DNA of 64,000 nt from Bigelowiella natans CCMP2755 (GCA_000320545.1 ADNK01001587.1:1-64000); one strand, 5' to 3'. Positions 12,750-28,248 are shown, numbered from the stretch's first letter. Notes: generated from the letters alone by a model not told the origin. A program made the numbers and translations.

Positions 12750-15700
12750 TGTGGATTGATATTTAGACGTTTTGTATTTCTCTTCACAGAGTCTAGAGAA
12801 ACAAATCGACGAGCAACGACAAGAGCTGAAAAAGAAGGTGTGCTCTACATAATACATTATATATATTATATCTATTGCTCCTTGCCATTGACGTTTTTCA
12901 GTGCTTTTAAGAACGTACCCCTGCTTGTAAAAACCATGCTAAATGCTATATCTTCATATCAGGAGCGTGATATCGAGAAACTGAGCCTAGAATCAGATGA
13001 ATTGAAGGTTTCTCCATCTCCAACAACACACACATCTACAGTACAGCATTCTTATCGAAGTTATCACCGATGACCTATGTTTTCTTTTTAATGCTGTGGC
13101 ATTGCAAAGAACATATACCCTACTAGCTGCGATTACCGTGACCTAAATACTCTTGTTTTTCCTTTTATTCAGCTCGCAGAGCAGCTGCTATCACACGGCG
13201 CAACGAAGGCCTCTGATGATGGCCACGGGGAAACGAATGAAATAAAGGCCACCGAGACATTAATACCATTTGAGGAGTGGGAAAAGCTGGCAGCGGCCGA
13301 GAGAAGTGGCACGAGCAGCGCGGAGAAGCAGAAGAGAAGTGGGGAAGATCTCGAAGAGAAAAGTAGAACATTATACATATATATATATATATATATATAT
13401 ATGTATTAATTGATATGGTATATGCTCACGCGTAATACTTTAGAGAAGAGCTGTTTGGCCCTCCTCCCATGTGTCTTAACCTTCCTTTTTGATTTACCGA
13501 TTTTTATGTCTTATCAGAAGAAAGAGGAGGGGTAGAAAAAATCGACGAGGCATTAAACATCAAGACGCTGGAAAACCAACTCAAAAAAGCTATAAAGCAG
13601 GTAGGTGCTGCTGATTCTTCCGCGCGCACAATCAATACACGCCACACTACTGCAATTCCTAAATGAGCATTGTTGCACGTATCTGAGCGTGTACATTCGA
13701 TAACCCAGTCAAAGGAGCCATTGTCATCGCTACCTGGCCTCTCGCGCAATGACAAGGTCGGTAGCTCTCACATCTGATCCTTCTACAAGGGTGGCATATC
13801 CGCGGCTTCATTTACAACCAAACCACGGCATGTTATTATGATATATCAGGAGATTGCAAGTGCCCGCACCTTGGACTCCTGGAAGAAAATGCAGGTATTT
13901 TTTGCTTTTTCGCCGTGAATCTAAGAGAATGGGATACTGACGGCATTTCCGACCTCATTGATGTGCGCACACGCAGAAAGAGCATCAAGACGCACTCCAA
14001 CTTCGATTCGAAAGACATGTAGTTACTTTGCCCAATATTTCCCTATTCCTGATGACAATCAAAGCGACGACTATTGACAACTGTGCGTGTGCCTATCATC
14101 CTTCTTTCCACTCGCTGACCCACGTGCTTCTAGGCAATGGAAAAAGCAGCTTTTTATGTAGTTGAAGAGATGGCAGCTCAAGGTAGTAATAGTAGTACTA
14201 CCAAAGATTCAGTAGTGTTACTACACAGGGCACAATCGTATTAGAGAAGTTTCTTATAACCAGTACGAGCACATCCATGATCTCGCATATCCACAGTTGC
14301 ATTGCACCTAAATCATACTGCGCATAGAGATTTTTTTGACGACGATAATCCCCCGATGACTGCAATACCATTTCTCCATTCTAAAACCGCTTCTCGAGGC
14401 ATGTATTCTTGTTCCTTCTGTTTCACGTGTGCAATGAATGTTACTGTAGTGGTGGAGGAGATGATAACGGATATCTTCGCTGAATTCAAGAGGTACTTAA
14501 GAATGATGATCATTTCAATTGGTGACTGGTTCCTGAATAAACCGACGATGTTCTAGCCTTTTGACTCTATCGAAACTGTTGAGAGGCGAGACTTTCCAGC
14601 GGCGTTTAGGACCTTGAATTCCCTTGCGCCGAGCGTCTGTTTTGCAAATGTTGTCGATAAATTTCATGACATTTGCGATGACCTTTATGCCGCTACCTCG
14701 TTCCACTCTCTCTCCCCCCCCCCCCTCATAGCAAACGAGTCCGGTCTGAGAGAATCGTCCGTAATATTATCTGCGCTGTAGCCTATAGAGAGGTAAATTA
14801 TATAAAAATATATATTATACACATTTTTGTAGAGCCACGGCCATTTTCTTTCCTTTCTATGGTTCTCACCATTTGTGCTTCCATCGTTGAGCGACTCGCG
14901 CCCAGTTTTGATGCCTTGGGAATGTACAAACAAAGGGCCAAAAGCGAAGAAGAGAGGACTACCAACATGAAGATTCTGCAAATGCTAAGGAAGTAAGAAT
15001 GCACATTTCCATGGAATAGTCATGATGAGAAAAGACGACTCTTGTTACAATGGAAATAGAGTAGCAGAAGGGCACAAATCGTTCGAGACAGAATGTCCAT
15101 ATAACCCTCATATAACACCGCCTTTCCCTCCTGCAGATAGTCAATGTTCTCTCGCATTACTTTCGAAGGCTTTCGAAGGAGCGTGATGAGCGTAACATGG
15201 AGACAAATAAGTACCTTAGACATTAAGGGGGAGGGTGGGATGGGGGGATATCAAGATCATTTGCATTTCTCAGAAGGCGCGTATAGACCGTAAAAGTAAC
15301 ATTTTTACAACCTCCATATGTGCAGACTGATTGCTTTGTCTTAACATTTTATCGGCTGCTCCCTCCTCTCCCATGAACATTCCTCTAAGGCTTCGCTATC
15401 AGCATCGGTGCAACAACGAGAAAGTGTCCGTGATCAAAGGCGGATGGCATTCGCAGCTCGAGCAGGTGTGGTTACACAGCATTTCGTAGAAGCAGAAAGC
15501 ACAAGTGGGTATCTACTTGCCATCGGTGATCCTGAATGATGACAGGCCGCTCAGCGAATATAACAACCGATTACCTTTCTCCTCGGAGAAAAGAGAGGGA
15601 GAGAGGGAGAGGGGGGGAGAGAGAGAGAGAAAGAGAGAAAGAGAGAGTTTTCATTTATACTTCATACGCATTGTGGTTGCCGTTGTGCTGTTATTGCGAA

Positions 15701-15945
15701 AGACGTGGAAGGAGAAGTACGAGTGGCATAGAGTAAACGGTAAGCTACTCACCGTTTGTAGGGAAATATCATAGATCATAAAATAACTTCAACAATGACT
15801 CTTTTGACCATTCTGGGCACAATTCTTTCGGCATCTCATCCTCTTTCGAATCGACTATAGTTTAAGTTAAGTATCTGCAATATATCAGGCAAAATGGAAT
15901 GGATTCCTAAATGGCACGTAGAGGTGTGATTGTAAGGGTTGCAGC

Positions 15946-15979
<34 letters not shown>

Positions 15980-16241
15980 ATAGTAGTAGTTGTAGTGCCA
16001 GTTGAGTATAAGAGAAACTCTCTTTAACGTCTTTCTTTATTCTCTTCGATGCTTCATCAAACCACCAGGAGCAGAGAAGAAGAAACAAAGAAACTGGCCT
16101 TTTTGCCAAGATATTCGGAAAAAGGGACAAGAAGAAGTCGCCATTGCTCCTTTCCCAGCAGCAGGTATGCTTGCGAGAAGAGTAATCAACAAGATCGCAT
16201 TTGATGATGACGATGATGATGGATATAAGATAGATGAGTAG
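9849..16241 (+). CDS. Long coiled-coil protein of unknown function, more than 20 exons
   Basis: Series of GT-AG-bounded E/K/Q/L-rich exons (MDEEELDAEIRKLQASIEDQEKKLEM; LEELAEDVKNQEINLAEKEKQAENIAHD; SLEKQIDEQRQELKKK), ending near TWKEKYEWHRVN|GKMEWIPKWHVE|EQRRRNKETGLFAKIFGK. Both ends are uncertain. Confidence 0.6.
11706..11916. repeat. Compound intronic microsatellite (TA)n/(GATA)n/(GA)n/(GT)n, representative of dozens of such tracts
   Basis: Directly visible. Similar (CA), (TC), (TA), (GAT) and (TAG) tracts fill introns across 1-36 kb and 51-63 kb. Confidence 0.95.
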
Positions 16242-16282
16242 CTTCGACTTACGAAAAACTAGAAACAGTACTCCTATCATCA

Positions 16283-16324
<42 letters not shown>

Positions 16325-16404
16325 CTCTTCTTTTCTCCCCGTCGTCTCTTTTTCCCTGATATGTATGTATATAAATGTGTGTGAATGTTGATATATGTAT
16401 ATAT

Positions 16405-16451
<47 letters not shown>

Positions 16452-16457
16452 TCCGTC

Positions 16458-19400
16458 ATGCCAATATTGAAGAGGATGGAAGGTTATGATATCTCGAATA
16501 AAGATGAAGAGAGCAACGGCAACGGTGATTGTACAAGTAATAGCAGTATATTGCCTGACGTTGTTATAAAGAATGACATGAAACCATGTTTTCATCACCA
16601 AAAAGACAAACGTCACATGATGCCTTTTATTCTTCCGAGGAAAGCATAATCTCCCTGCCTTGTTCACAGCTGTCCTCTCATATATTTACTGCTATCACAG
16701 AATCATCGGCGCTGCCATCATCCGCAACATCGTGCATAAAGATTTCTCTCTGTGCAATACCCAGCATTCAGCACATCGGGTAGCAGCTGCTATGACCGTT
16801 GCGGCAGTAGTTACTTTGCTTTTGGCCTTTGACTCGTCGTAGTGTTGTAGCGACATAAGCGGAAAATCCCTAGTTTTTCTTGGTAAGTTTACCTGCCATC
16901 TGCTCCTTTTCGATGTTCAACAACTACCACAGATCTATCGCCCATCCAACGGATATGCGAAAGCGCGTGGCGTATATCAAGGTTTAGAAAAGCAGCTGAT
17001 ATAGCAGTGTGTTTGTGTCTGTCAGAACATCGATGTGTAAAGGACCGTAAATGCGCGGTTGTATGATACAGAATGTCTCAATGTTGGTTCCCATTAGTAC
17101 AGATTTCCCCATCAAGAAGAAGAAGAAGAAGAAGAAGAAGAAGAAGAAGAAGATCGTATCATAAGTGCCGTCAGGGATCACCACCTACCTATTATTCGAT
17201 AACCACATCAACATCAAATAGCAGCGATGATGCCATTAACCCTGCTGATTTATGAATGTCAGACGCTAATCCGGAGAGAGATACAATTAGCCGAGACAAT
17301 GATACGAATGAGAATGAAGCTTTTGGTCGATAGAAGCGGAGATAACACAGGAACATCCAAGTCGCCTTTCTTACGGTTTCATCCCTACACAACGGACAAT
17401 GCGGGAGGGAGGCGGCGTGGCCAAATCAAGGACAAGGCACAGAGAGTAAACAATTCAAAGCAGAAAGATCAACAAGCTGCAGAGCAGAGCCTGAGGATTC
17501 TATTGTCGCAGCATTTTCAACAGCCAACACTATCCTCCTCATCATCATCTTCTTCTTCGTCGTCCTCGCCATTCGTATCTAGCCTGGCTCTGTACACATC
17601 CAAGCCGGTTCCGTATCCTGCGAACAATGCTGTTTGTCGCAAGGCCTACAAGCGCAGGTTGACTCGCTATCGTGTTGCGGTAGGTTCAACGCAGGGAGAT
17701 ATAAAGGTCTTTATCTGTGATGTAGTCCGCTCCACGCCGCCTGGGGAGGGGGGGGGCGATGCCAAGGACGACGGTGGGAATTCGACTGACAAAAACGGAA
17801 ATAGGGAAGAGGCGAAGGAGGGAGGAATGCAGAGGGGCAAAAGCAGAGGGGGAATAGAAAGAAAGGACGGTCAAAAGATGAGAGATGGTATAGAAGGCGA
17901 CGGAAAGCAACACCCTCCGGACAGAGACCTCGAACATAAAGAGCAAAAACGAGGAGTGAAGAAAGACAAAGGCAAGAGAGGCGGTTTCGCATCAGGCAAG
18001 TATTTGATGATAGCAACCTGCTTTAGACACTGCTGTAATCACGACTACAATTCTGTTAGCTAGGCTTCTGCTGTCTTTCTCTTCCCACCGTTTTGCCGTC
18101 TTCTTCTTCCTTCCACAATGCTCTTTGCTAACTACATTCCCTCAATAAAGAGGAATCCTGGGGTCGGTGGAGACTTGCCTGGGAAAAGAAAGCATTTGAC
18201 AAACATGATAAGGTAGTACTTTCACCGAATTCGATGAGGAACAGTAAGAGGCACAGTAACACAACCCAAGCAGCTGTACGCACCGACCATCACATATTAC
18301 AGGACAGGATCAACCCACGCTTGCACATATGACTTGTATCATCTGGTTTCTTCTCTCTATTTCCAGGGCACATATGTACAGTTGGATTTCAATCAAACGG
18401 GTGAGGGCCTTGAGCTCCTCGCAATTCATGATCGGCCGGTATGAGCTAGTAAGCGAATCGCATGCAGTATCCTCGTAGCCTTTACTAACCGCTTTGACTA
18501 TTCAGGGAGGAGAGAAGATACTAGAGGTTTGGAGCCTAAGACTGCACAGATACACTGCAAAAGAGGTGCCGGCGTGGAATGACGAAAGCGTCTAAATCTC
18601 CGCGAAACGTTCCGAAGTTTAACATTGGTTTGTTTTGATGACTTTTCTATGATCAATCGATGCGCAAAGGCCTGGAAAGCTCCGTGCGATGACTCTTGGT
18701 TTGGGGATACAAGGCCAGGAAAGCGGCGGAACAAGAGTGCAGAAGGACAGCGGAAAAGGACTGGAGCACTACCAAACGTGATGCCGATGAAGTGCCTCTT
18801 GAGGTAGGAGTAGGAATCGTCTTTCAGTATTTATTGTGTAAAAAAGAAGCTGCAACATGTATGTAAATAAGTGCACGTTCAGGTAGATTTGGTCTGTCGC
18901 TTTCCTTAGAAATCGGTGCATGATTGGTGATGAGGATGTCCGGATTCTGATCCGTCTGATACATAGCAACAATGCAGTGTTCGGCGTGTGTGCGTGCGTT
19001 TACCGCTTGAATCCTTCCTATGATGATGATTAGGCTATTTCCCGCACATCTCGCGAAATCCAACGATTCTCAGTCTGAAGAGACTCTCCCCATTTCCTCC
19101 GCTCCGATGTTTGCCACATGGTTGGGATTCAGTAGTTCAATGCATCGTTTTAGTTCTCCATTTTAATGGCGTTTGGCCCTCATCCTTCTCCTATACGTCT
19201 ACATTCTGAATATTCATTGCTGCTGCTCTTTGCATACAAATAGGTACCCCTCCTCCTCCGCATCGAGCTGCGAATTTAACAATTCCTTGTCGCTTCTGGG
19301 AAATAGAGGCGGTAGTGCTGACGATGGCAGCAAAGGGTTGGTTGTAACAACTGAAGATGGAAGGGTACAGCTGCTATTCTTCAGGTGCAAATGTGTCATA

Positions 19401-22400
19401 TGGTTGGCGTGTTATGTTCCTTGAATACTAACCTTAGCAGTTGTTTCAGAAATAGATAAAGTAATTGCATTGCCTGCTATAACAGCATCAATTTGTCTTT
19501 TACATTCACTCAATAAATCTCTTGCTGAATAATTACCTGGTGGTATATTAATATTGTGAAATGTCTGAGTGTTATTTTGGTATAACACGATTTGTAATAT
19601 ATTTAGCTTTCTTGAGTAAACATTATGCGTCCGTGTTATTTGTTAGGGTGGGGCGAAGCATTAGGAGCAACATACGCATTGGCTCTGGGGAGAGAAAGCT
19701 TCCCGTAGGCAATCTTGCTCCAAAGAAGCTGCTGACAAATTCGATTAGAAACGGCACCTTTGACCTTCACATCAGCCATTCTGTCGGGGCGGCAGGACCT
19801 CAAGATAGTTTCCCCCCTCAATATAAAAAAGGTGAGGTAGATGTGGTAGCGAAAATGCACTCAGGTTGCTTCGTTGCGGTAGGAATTATTGCACAAACTA
19901 CCGCGCTGATGAGAAGGACCAGGGAAGAAATCATCAGCAATGATATATTTGATGATGCGAGATGTGTAGATGCGAAAACATGCTGCCACACGCATGAAGC
20001 TGTTCTGTGCAATTCAGCAGAAGTCTTCGGCTCCCATTTGCCATTCCATTGAAAGTGAGAGAATTCCATTGTTGTTTTTGGAACATACAGTCTTTGATCC
20101 AATGAACCCCAGCCGGTTACGACGCCGTTTCTTCGAAACAAAGCTGGGGAAAAAGGCCCCAATGTACTTTGAAGCCGTTCTAGCTGAGGATGCTACCGGG
20201 GGAATCCATGCGCCTTCCGAGGGGAACGCACAACAGTCTGGCAGCACTAACACAAATGGTCAGGGAATAGTGAACCCGAATACTGCGAGAGGGGAGATAT
20301 CGTCATCATGCTGTTACGTTGAGGTGCCGGGCTTGCTTAAATAAATGGGTAGGAGAATTTCTGACAATAAGAACGAGGAGTGTTGGCCGTGATGCTTATT
20401 GTAAGAGGGGGATGATGAAGCCAATGCTCCGCATAATGCTAACTTTGAAATGTTCTTTTCCTTCCTGCTACTGCGACATCGTGAAGCTGTCAAGCCCCTT
20501 TTTATTGGTATCTGGGAGGACGGAACCCTGGTGGTCTGGAACAAGAGGAAAAAGAACAAGAACAAGAAGAAGAAGGGGAGAAAGAGAAATAAGAACACGA
20601 GAGTAGGAGCAGGAAAGGCAACTGCGAAACAGAATGATGGCTACGAGAGAAAAGGTCGTTTTGAACTTGGGCATAGACGGCGACGCAACCAGGACACCGC
20701 AATGCAGAGCCAAGCTCAAGCAGTAGCAGCAGCAGCAGCAAATAATATTCAGGTATTGTTACCGTTTTTCACCTTTGTAAGCATGAAGGAGGTTGCTGTA
20801 CAATCTGGAGGCTTGCGTTGTTCGCTGAGGACGTATACGTGTTCTTTTCTAGGCTGAAGAAGCAGCAGGGGGCAGCGTGGAAGAAGAAAAAGAAGGAGCA
20901 GCAGACTTTGTGTCAGGTATTGGTGATAATAATAGCCCTTTGAATAGAAACGACGCTGACGGTTAGCGGACTAGATCAACTCGTAGTAATTAATCGAGAG
21001 AGGATGAAATATTGTGATGATATGGTTCGTTGCATCGTCTGACAATTTCAGTGAGACAAATATGATAGAATGCTATGGTGAGAATCATAGAATTTCCGCT
21101 CTGAATGCTACTTCGTCATACTTGTTGTTGTTGGATGGAATTACTAAGAAGACGCCTGGAAGCTCCATGAGGCAACTTTTTTCCGACTATCGTTCGATAA
21201 TGTATCAGCAGGTACGTCTAGCCCTTAGATGCCATCCTCCCCTCGTTTCTCCCATTGTACCCTGAATCTCGATTTCATGTTTATTTTGGCGGTTTTATCG
21301 ATAACGACATCGATGCTGTTGAGTTGAAGTGTATTCGAAATCAAATTATTGTTTGGAGGTGACGGCCTTTTCACCTGTAAACCTGCCCCAGCTTTAGCCC
21401 TATCATTTTTGTCTAAATCCCAACTTATCTTCAGCAACCTTGGAATGCGTTTCGAAACTGCAGCACTACCGCATCGAGACAAGCGTTGAGAGCGTGCACG
21501 CGGAAGTTATTTCTATTCCAAGGTTGCGCCATAGAGAAGACGCAGCAAGTCGAGGAAGGGAAGAGAAGGAAGGGAGAACAAGGGCGGCAGCAGCAGCAGC
21601 ACGAAAATCTCGAGGAATGAAGAAGATGGAGACCGCTGCCCATTGGGTATGGTATATAGAAGAAAAGAACACAAAACAACTGCTCGAAGCAAGAAACCGG
21701 AGTATTGAAATTAATGCCACGTATATTTTGTATGATTTTTTATTATACTATATATACATACATATATGTATATGAGTGTGTGTGTGTGTGTATGTCACTT
21801 ATCTCATAAATGTATATTACTAATGTATTTCTATGCATGCGTATATTACATTAATATCAATTATATTACTGCTGTCCTTCGCGGGGCTGTCAAGGGCAGA
21901 ATCTACCGATGTTTGTCTTGCCACAAGCATGGTTACAGAATAGATATTTGCCCAAAAACCGCTTGATTTACGGTTGTGCACGTGTTCTTGATGCTGCTGC
22001 TGCAACCTCTTTAGATATCACATCGTAGTTTGGGTCCCATATTGCTCGGAGACCACAGGTGAGAAGATGCAGTGATTATAGAACGACTTGGGTGGGGGGG
22101 GGAAATAGAAAAAGCATATTGATGCAACCAGATGATTGAACATTTTAGAGAGAATGTTATGATGATTTATACCCCTCAAAAGTAAGCAATTGAGTGCCCT
22201 GCTGTCTGTGCATTGCATCAGATCAATAAAGATGCATAAAAGGCTTCTTCGTCTTCAATTCGCGATAAGAAGCAGTGACGATGAGGGTGGCAATGGAGAA
22301 AGTAGCGAAGATTCCTATCGTGTCTCTAAGCATCAACATCTTCACGAGATAAGGGCCAACCAGGAGCAGGTATTTGCTACTATCGGTGATAGCAATCGAG

Positions 22401-22904
22401 TCGCATATGATCAGCATTTTTTCTTCAGATGTTTGGAACGGCGATAATGAGGAGAGGGACGATGACGGCTATCACTTTCCCAGTAGATCTTCCGCTCAAA
22501 CGGTAGTAGAATCGAAGAAGAAGCAGCATTCCAAATTCGAAAGTCAAAAAAAACGGCTCATCGCTCCGAATCCTGTATCGAGTAGGAGGGCGGTTATTGT
22601 TTGTTCGCAACTACAAGCCATAACAATAAAAAGCTTATGTTGTTATCCTATGGCCATTTAGGAAAGGGTTGAAGGAACGGCGAGTGCGCGAGGGTAACAC
22701 TGAGTCTAGACGAGAGACAGTAAAGACTGCTGCTATATTTAACAGCATGCTATGCTGATTGGCAGCGTACTGTTGGGTTCTGATATCTTACCCTTAATTC
22801 TTCTCTAAATCAGGAACGCAAAAAATAAGTTATTTGCCCGTTAAAGAAGCTATTCTCGCATCTGACGTAATTGTGTGCCTTTTTTCATAATACATTACAT
22901 AATA

Positions 22905-22937
<33 letters not shown>

Positions 22938-23445
22938 CTAGTAAGAGTGATAGTTTTAATATATTCTAAAGCACTGACCTACGATACAGCAATTCAGCGA
23001 ATAATTATTTCATTTTTTATGTCCCTCCCCCCCCCCTCCCTTTGGATGCTCTGCATAGATTTATTAAAGAGCCAAGTGGTTTTCTTTCTTCGCCATGTTC
23101 CTTACATTTTGGCTGCTTTCATATACAGGTCATGAGACTCCGATGGTGGTTCTATGAGCAAGGGGTTGATCCCGACTTCTCTTTGTAAGAAGAAGCACCA
23201 AATAGTAGCCATAATAGCGAGTGAAGAAACAAAGCAACCATCGAAAAAATATATCACTTGCTTTCGCATCTATCTACGTTGTGGTATTTTGTCATCACAC
23301 AATGCGTTTGTATTATGTGAAAAGGCCGGATGATGATCCTTTGATTATTTATGCAGTGAAGAGGTGGTGAATGCGCTACTGAGCGTTGTTTATTAGTTTT
23401 GTGTCTAATATCGTTTTTTTTATCTTTTTCTTCCTCTCCATCTCT

Positions 23446-23495
<50 letters not shown>

Positions 23496-26342
23496 CACCC
23501 TACCTCTTATACCTTCATGATATACCGTGTTTTGCGTGTGATTGGAGAGAGCATTTGAACCCACCCTTGGGTAGATATGAAAAACCATGCCAAAAGGAAG
23601 AGAATCAATGCTGATCTCCCATTCTCCATACTTCTCACATGCTTGATATGCGTTGTAGCGGAAGGCCTCAAATCGTCAGTACAATTCTGGAGGCAAAAGC
23701 GGCCGTAAACACGTAAGATACACAACCCTTTGAAATACACTGGAAAATCCACAGCATCAGGGAGTATTTTTCCCTCAAAACGGGGGTGTCTTTAGAAATA
23801 TACCCGAACACATCCTCAGGCTAAGCAGAAAGTCTTTGAGCCCATTGCACGCTGCTGTCTCCGCTGCTTTCTCCCCCAGAGCAGCCACCTCGTCAGCATC
23901 GGTATTTCACAGCAGTAGTAGCAGTAGCAGTAGGAGGGGTAGTAGTTTGCGGCAGCTTCTTCAATATCGTAAGGAAAGCAGAGGGCGCCGCTCATCATTA
24001 CCATTGGCTTTTGGGTGTGTTTATGCACTCAAATTCCATGCCTCTTCTCCAAGCCGAAGAAGGAGGAGAAGGAGGAGGATGATGACGAGGTGAATCTTTC
24101 ACACGCACGCTCATTTCTTCTGTTTCTCTGTTTAATACAGGACCCCAAAGACATCTTGGGCGTCGTATGCTTGCTGCTTCGATACGGAGCGAATCCGTAA
24201 GGATCATTGCGACATGCGAATACAATAAATATGAATTATAAAAGAAGGAAGATAAGAGAGAGGGTTGGCAGTGTACAGAAAAGACAAATACTAGTAGCAG
24301 CGGGAAGGGCATTTCGATGTTATGCAAGCCACTGAGAACGTCGGCATTGCATTCTCCACAGCCTACTTCGCACTCGAAAGGGGAAATCTCCACTAGATCT
24401 TGTGGCCGATGCCATAAAGAAGCTCAAGACAGAGTTAACGCCTCCAAAGTATCAACCCTCGGAAAGACCTAACGTACCAAGGGCAGGTAGATTGCCAGGG
24501 GGGGGGGGGGGGCAACTGTACGTTGTCTCTGAGGACAGAAAATCTAATGGCAAAGAAGGCAAACAAAACATGCTGAAAATGATCAAGCTAGCAGGTAATA
24601 ACCCAGTTTGCAGATATTAACCTTTTATCTCCCTCTTCCTTCAATAAATACACAATGCAACACTCGTATAAATTTATGTCAAATATGTGTTTAAGTCTAT
24701 CTGAATGTTGTTGTTGTGCTGAATAGGAGAGCTTGAAAGTGTTCTTTTCTCGGCGATTGTAAGGTTAGACGTCCAGCGCCTCCTCCTTCAAGACAAGGTG
24801 TCTTCAAATACGATGATAATGCCAATAATCCGAATTATTGGCAATAGCGAAGATTAACGTATAAACTGCCGCTGAAGTTGATACATTTAAATCGCAGCAG
24901 CCTCTAGTACGAAGCAGCGTTGGTTTCCTCCTCGCCCTGTGCAGGATCAGCGATCTATATATACATATATATAATTTCAAAACTTATTGCTCGTTTGGTT
25001 ACAACAGGCGACATTGGGAATAAGCTCCTTTTCACTCCGCATCGAGGCGAGGAAAGTCATCGTGTGCTCGTCTAAGAGAAAGCCATCACCCTTAGACATC
25101 AACAGCTCTACAACCACAATAATGAAGGTAGGGAAAGAAGGAGGGTGGGGAAGGGAGGAGGATCTTCCATTGCATTGCCATTTTTATAGCAATTTCTCGA
25201 GCCTTTCTTCATGGTGTTTCCGCCTCCTACTCGCATAGGTCTCACTTCCACAGTATTTTGGGATGTTGGAGAACAGCTTGTCTTCGGAGCCTCTCCAAAT
25301 AGAGCAGAAACAGGAGAAAGAGGAAGGACAAGAAGGTTTGTAGTATTTCTTATTCAGTGCCTCCTCGTTCTACTTAGTATTCGCATGTTCTAGCTTCTGC
25401 TCGTTGTTGTGTAGCAGTCCTCGAATATGTTTTGTTAGCATGTGTCAGTGCTATATGAGGGTTAGGAAGGGGGAGGGGGGGGGGGGGGGGTAAGAGGAGG
25501 GAGGCGATTTAGAGGAGTAAGAAAAGGGAGGACTAAGATTGTCCCGGTTCCTTTGTCTTGATTTATTAAATTTCCTTGGATTTGCAGGAGTCTCTATTCA
25601 TGATTTCCGCATCAGCGGAGGCGGTGGTGTCACTCTTGGAATTTCTGAGCACATCGCTGGCAATCTTAACATGTGATATGCGACGTTTTATGCCATGAAA
25701 TTTATACCGGCCTGATGCAGAAGATTCTATCTAAATTATCGGCCATCATTTTAGTCATTAACACCTTCATTATTCTCGCCATCATCATCATTATCATCAT
25801 CATCATCCTCATACCAACACGCAATTCGCGATGTTCTCACTCTTACAATAAGCTGGTAACACTCACACTCAATGATATACCCTAAGGATTTCCGGGGGAA
25901 ACATTGAAATAGCATTGCATCAACGGAAGAGGCGAGGATATGGGCGAAGAGGGGTCAGTTAATATATGTACGTGAAAGATTACGTGATGTTTCACGTACA
26001 AATTTCAGTTGATAAATTGAGGTATTCTACAGGTTGATGAGCTTATCGGATCGAGCAAAATAAGCATTTTCGGTAGAACCTAGCGGCATAAAAGGCCAAA
26101 ATGTATAAACTTGCTAAAATACATCCTCATGGATACCAATAGGAAAGACCGGCGAAGAGAGAATGTAACTTCATCGTCTAATTTTAGTATACTTTGAAAT
26201 CCTCAGACTTATGCATGTGTCGGGATCTTGGAAGTACTCGGTGGGAAAAGAGGTGCTGCTGCTACTGCTGCTGCTAGACGCGAAAAGGAACGATGCCATA
26301 GCCACGTTTTGATTTGTAAATTGTATGTGAATGTGTGCGCGC

Positions 26343-26376
<34 letters not shown>

Positions 26377-28248
26377 TTGTGTGTCTATTTTGATCAACAT
26401 CGTTCTTACCTTGGAAATTCTATTCGTTTTGTCAAGACTCGTTCTTTTTCCAAAGAGCGCTTGTTCCGACGGAAACAGCATGAACGACGATGATGGTATG
26501 CTGAAGGAAGCAACTTCAAACGCAGCACTTGGTGCTGCTTCTGCTGCTGCTGCTGCTGTTTCCGAAAAGGATGATGGCAGAGTCACCATGGTACTCTCGG
26601 TTGAGGTCAGGAGAGATTATGGCAGTCTTCATGATGATGGAGAAGATGTGGACAACCTTGACCACGACAATAAGTATATGCACGATGATAACAAGGAACA
26701 GAGCATAATACAACAGCCGCAGAAGGAGCGGCGGAGAAATGAGAACGACTTATACGCATTGTATAGAGATGAGAGCATAGTGGCAGAGGATGGCAACGGT
26801 GACGAACAAGGAAGAAGCATCGGGCGATATGTGACGTTTGTATATGGACCCAAGAACATCATGCGTGCATGTTTTGAAGGTATATTTTGATTGAAATTGC
26901 ACAGTAGAATAGGGATGTTGACGGGCATCGACGATTCTCATCGAAACGACGTGTGTCTTCAAACGTGTAGTTTTGGGCTTTTACAAGACAAATATGCCTG
27001 ATCCTGTTTGCTTGCATGAGATTATTTTGATGATACCAATAAATGATAATGATATTCGTGTGTTTTCAAAGCTATGAACTTTTCTCGGCTTCTGTTTCTA
27101 CATTGTTGCATTGATTGTCCCTCAAGATGCTTTTCATTTCAAAGGCAATTATCGATCGCTTCCCTCCAAGCGAGAATCTCTGCCGTCTTTGAATGGCAAT
27201 GCCGCACGCTCGAAGGGGGTTGATATCGTAACCAAGGGTAATAATAGCCGAAAAAGCAAAATGAATGCTTTGTGTAAGAAATATTGTGTTACAAATATAC
27301 AGCTATAACGATGAAGAACCGACGCCAGATTATGCTGCAATGCTGCAGGATCCATGCTTCCACATCATCCTCTTTCACCAGCGAAGTAGAGGGTGGTGGT
27401 GACTCCGCTACAAAGCAACGCTTGATGGCCAAAGCTACACGCTGGTCGTTTCGAATTATATCGCTAAGAGCGTCTAGATTCTATTCTTCCAAGATTAAGG
27501 CGAGCAGAAAGCACAGCAACGATGACGAAGACGATGTGGAGGTAATTCTGTGTTTTGATGTGAAGGAGCAGAACTCTCCTTGTTTTTGCAACGTTTGAAC
27601 AATCGTGTTATCGTGGATTACATATGCGTTTTTCAATAGGTTTCTCTGGCTGTTGGTGAATTCGCTCTTGATTTTGAATTGCATGAAAGTGCTTTTGGCA
27701 GAGATACTAACAACGCGCCTTCTCCTGGTCCTCCTCCACCACCACTCGCTACTCTGACTACGACTGAAAGTTGGCTTGGCGAAGAGGAGCTCCTAGTAGT
27801 TGTCCATCACAAGTCGTGGTGCACGAAAGCGATGATGATGATGACGACGAAGATGAGAAAGAGATCATCGACTCCAGAAGGGAAAAGAAATGAGGAAAAA
27901 GAGTCTTCAGCAAACAGGGCAGGGTGCCATTCTACTGATTATGTCAACAAAAGCAGCAACAACTTATTTAGTAAAGTTTATTCGGAATCTGAATTCTTCG
28001 TTTCGATCTTCTCCACTTCTTCAACCGGAGGTAGGCAAAGCGTGCTGTTAGTAGCGGATCTTCCGGAGATGAATTGTGGGATTGTGAAGAGTACGGATCA
28101 AATTATTGTCTCAAAGGATTTATCTACACTTATCATTTTCCTCTCCGGCAGTAAAGGCGATAGAAGAGCCCCTAGTCACAGGAGGATTCTCATCAAACCT
28201 TTGAAATTTTGTGGGGTAGGCCAGGTTGCCAGTGACATCGATCGATAG
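16458..28248 (+). CDS. Very large multi-exon hypothetical protein with beta-propeller-like strands, ankyrin repeats (~23.1-24.4 kb) and low-complexity inserts; could be two genes
   Basis: Ankyrin-like peptides PLIIYAVK|..GRPQIVSTILEAKAAVN|..SLSPLHAAV and VVCLLLRYGANP|..KGKSPLDLV. WD-like strands RVAVGSTQGDIKVF, LVVTTEDGRVQLL and IGIWEDGTLVVW. All splice signals noticed are on the + strand, with no obvious intergenic spacer inside. Confidence 0.5.
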
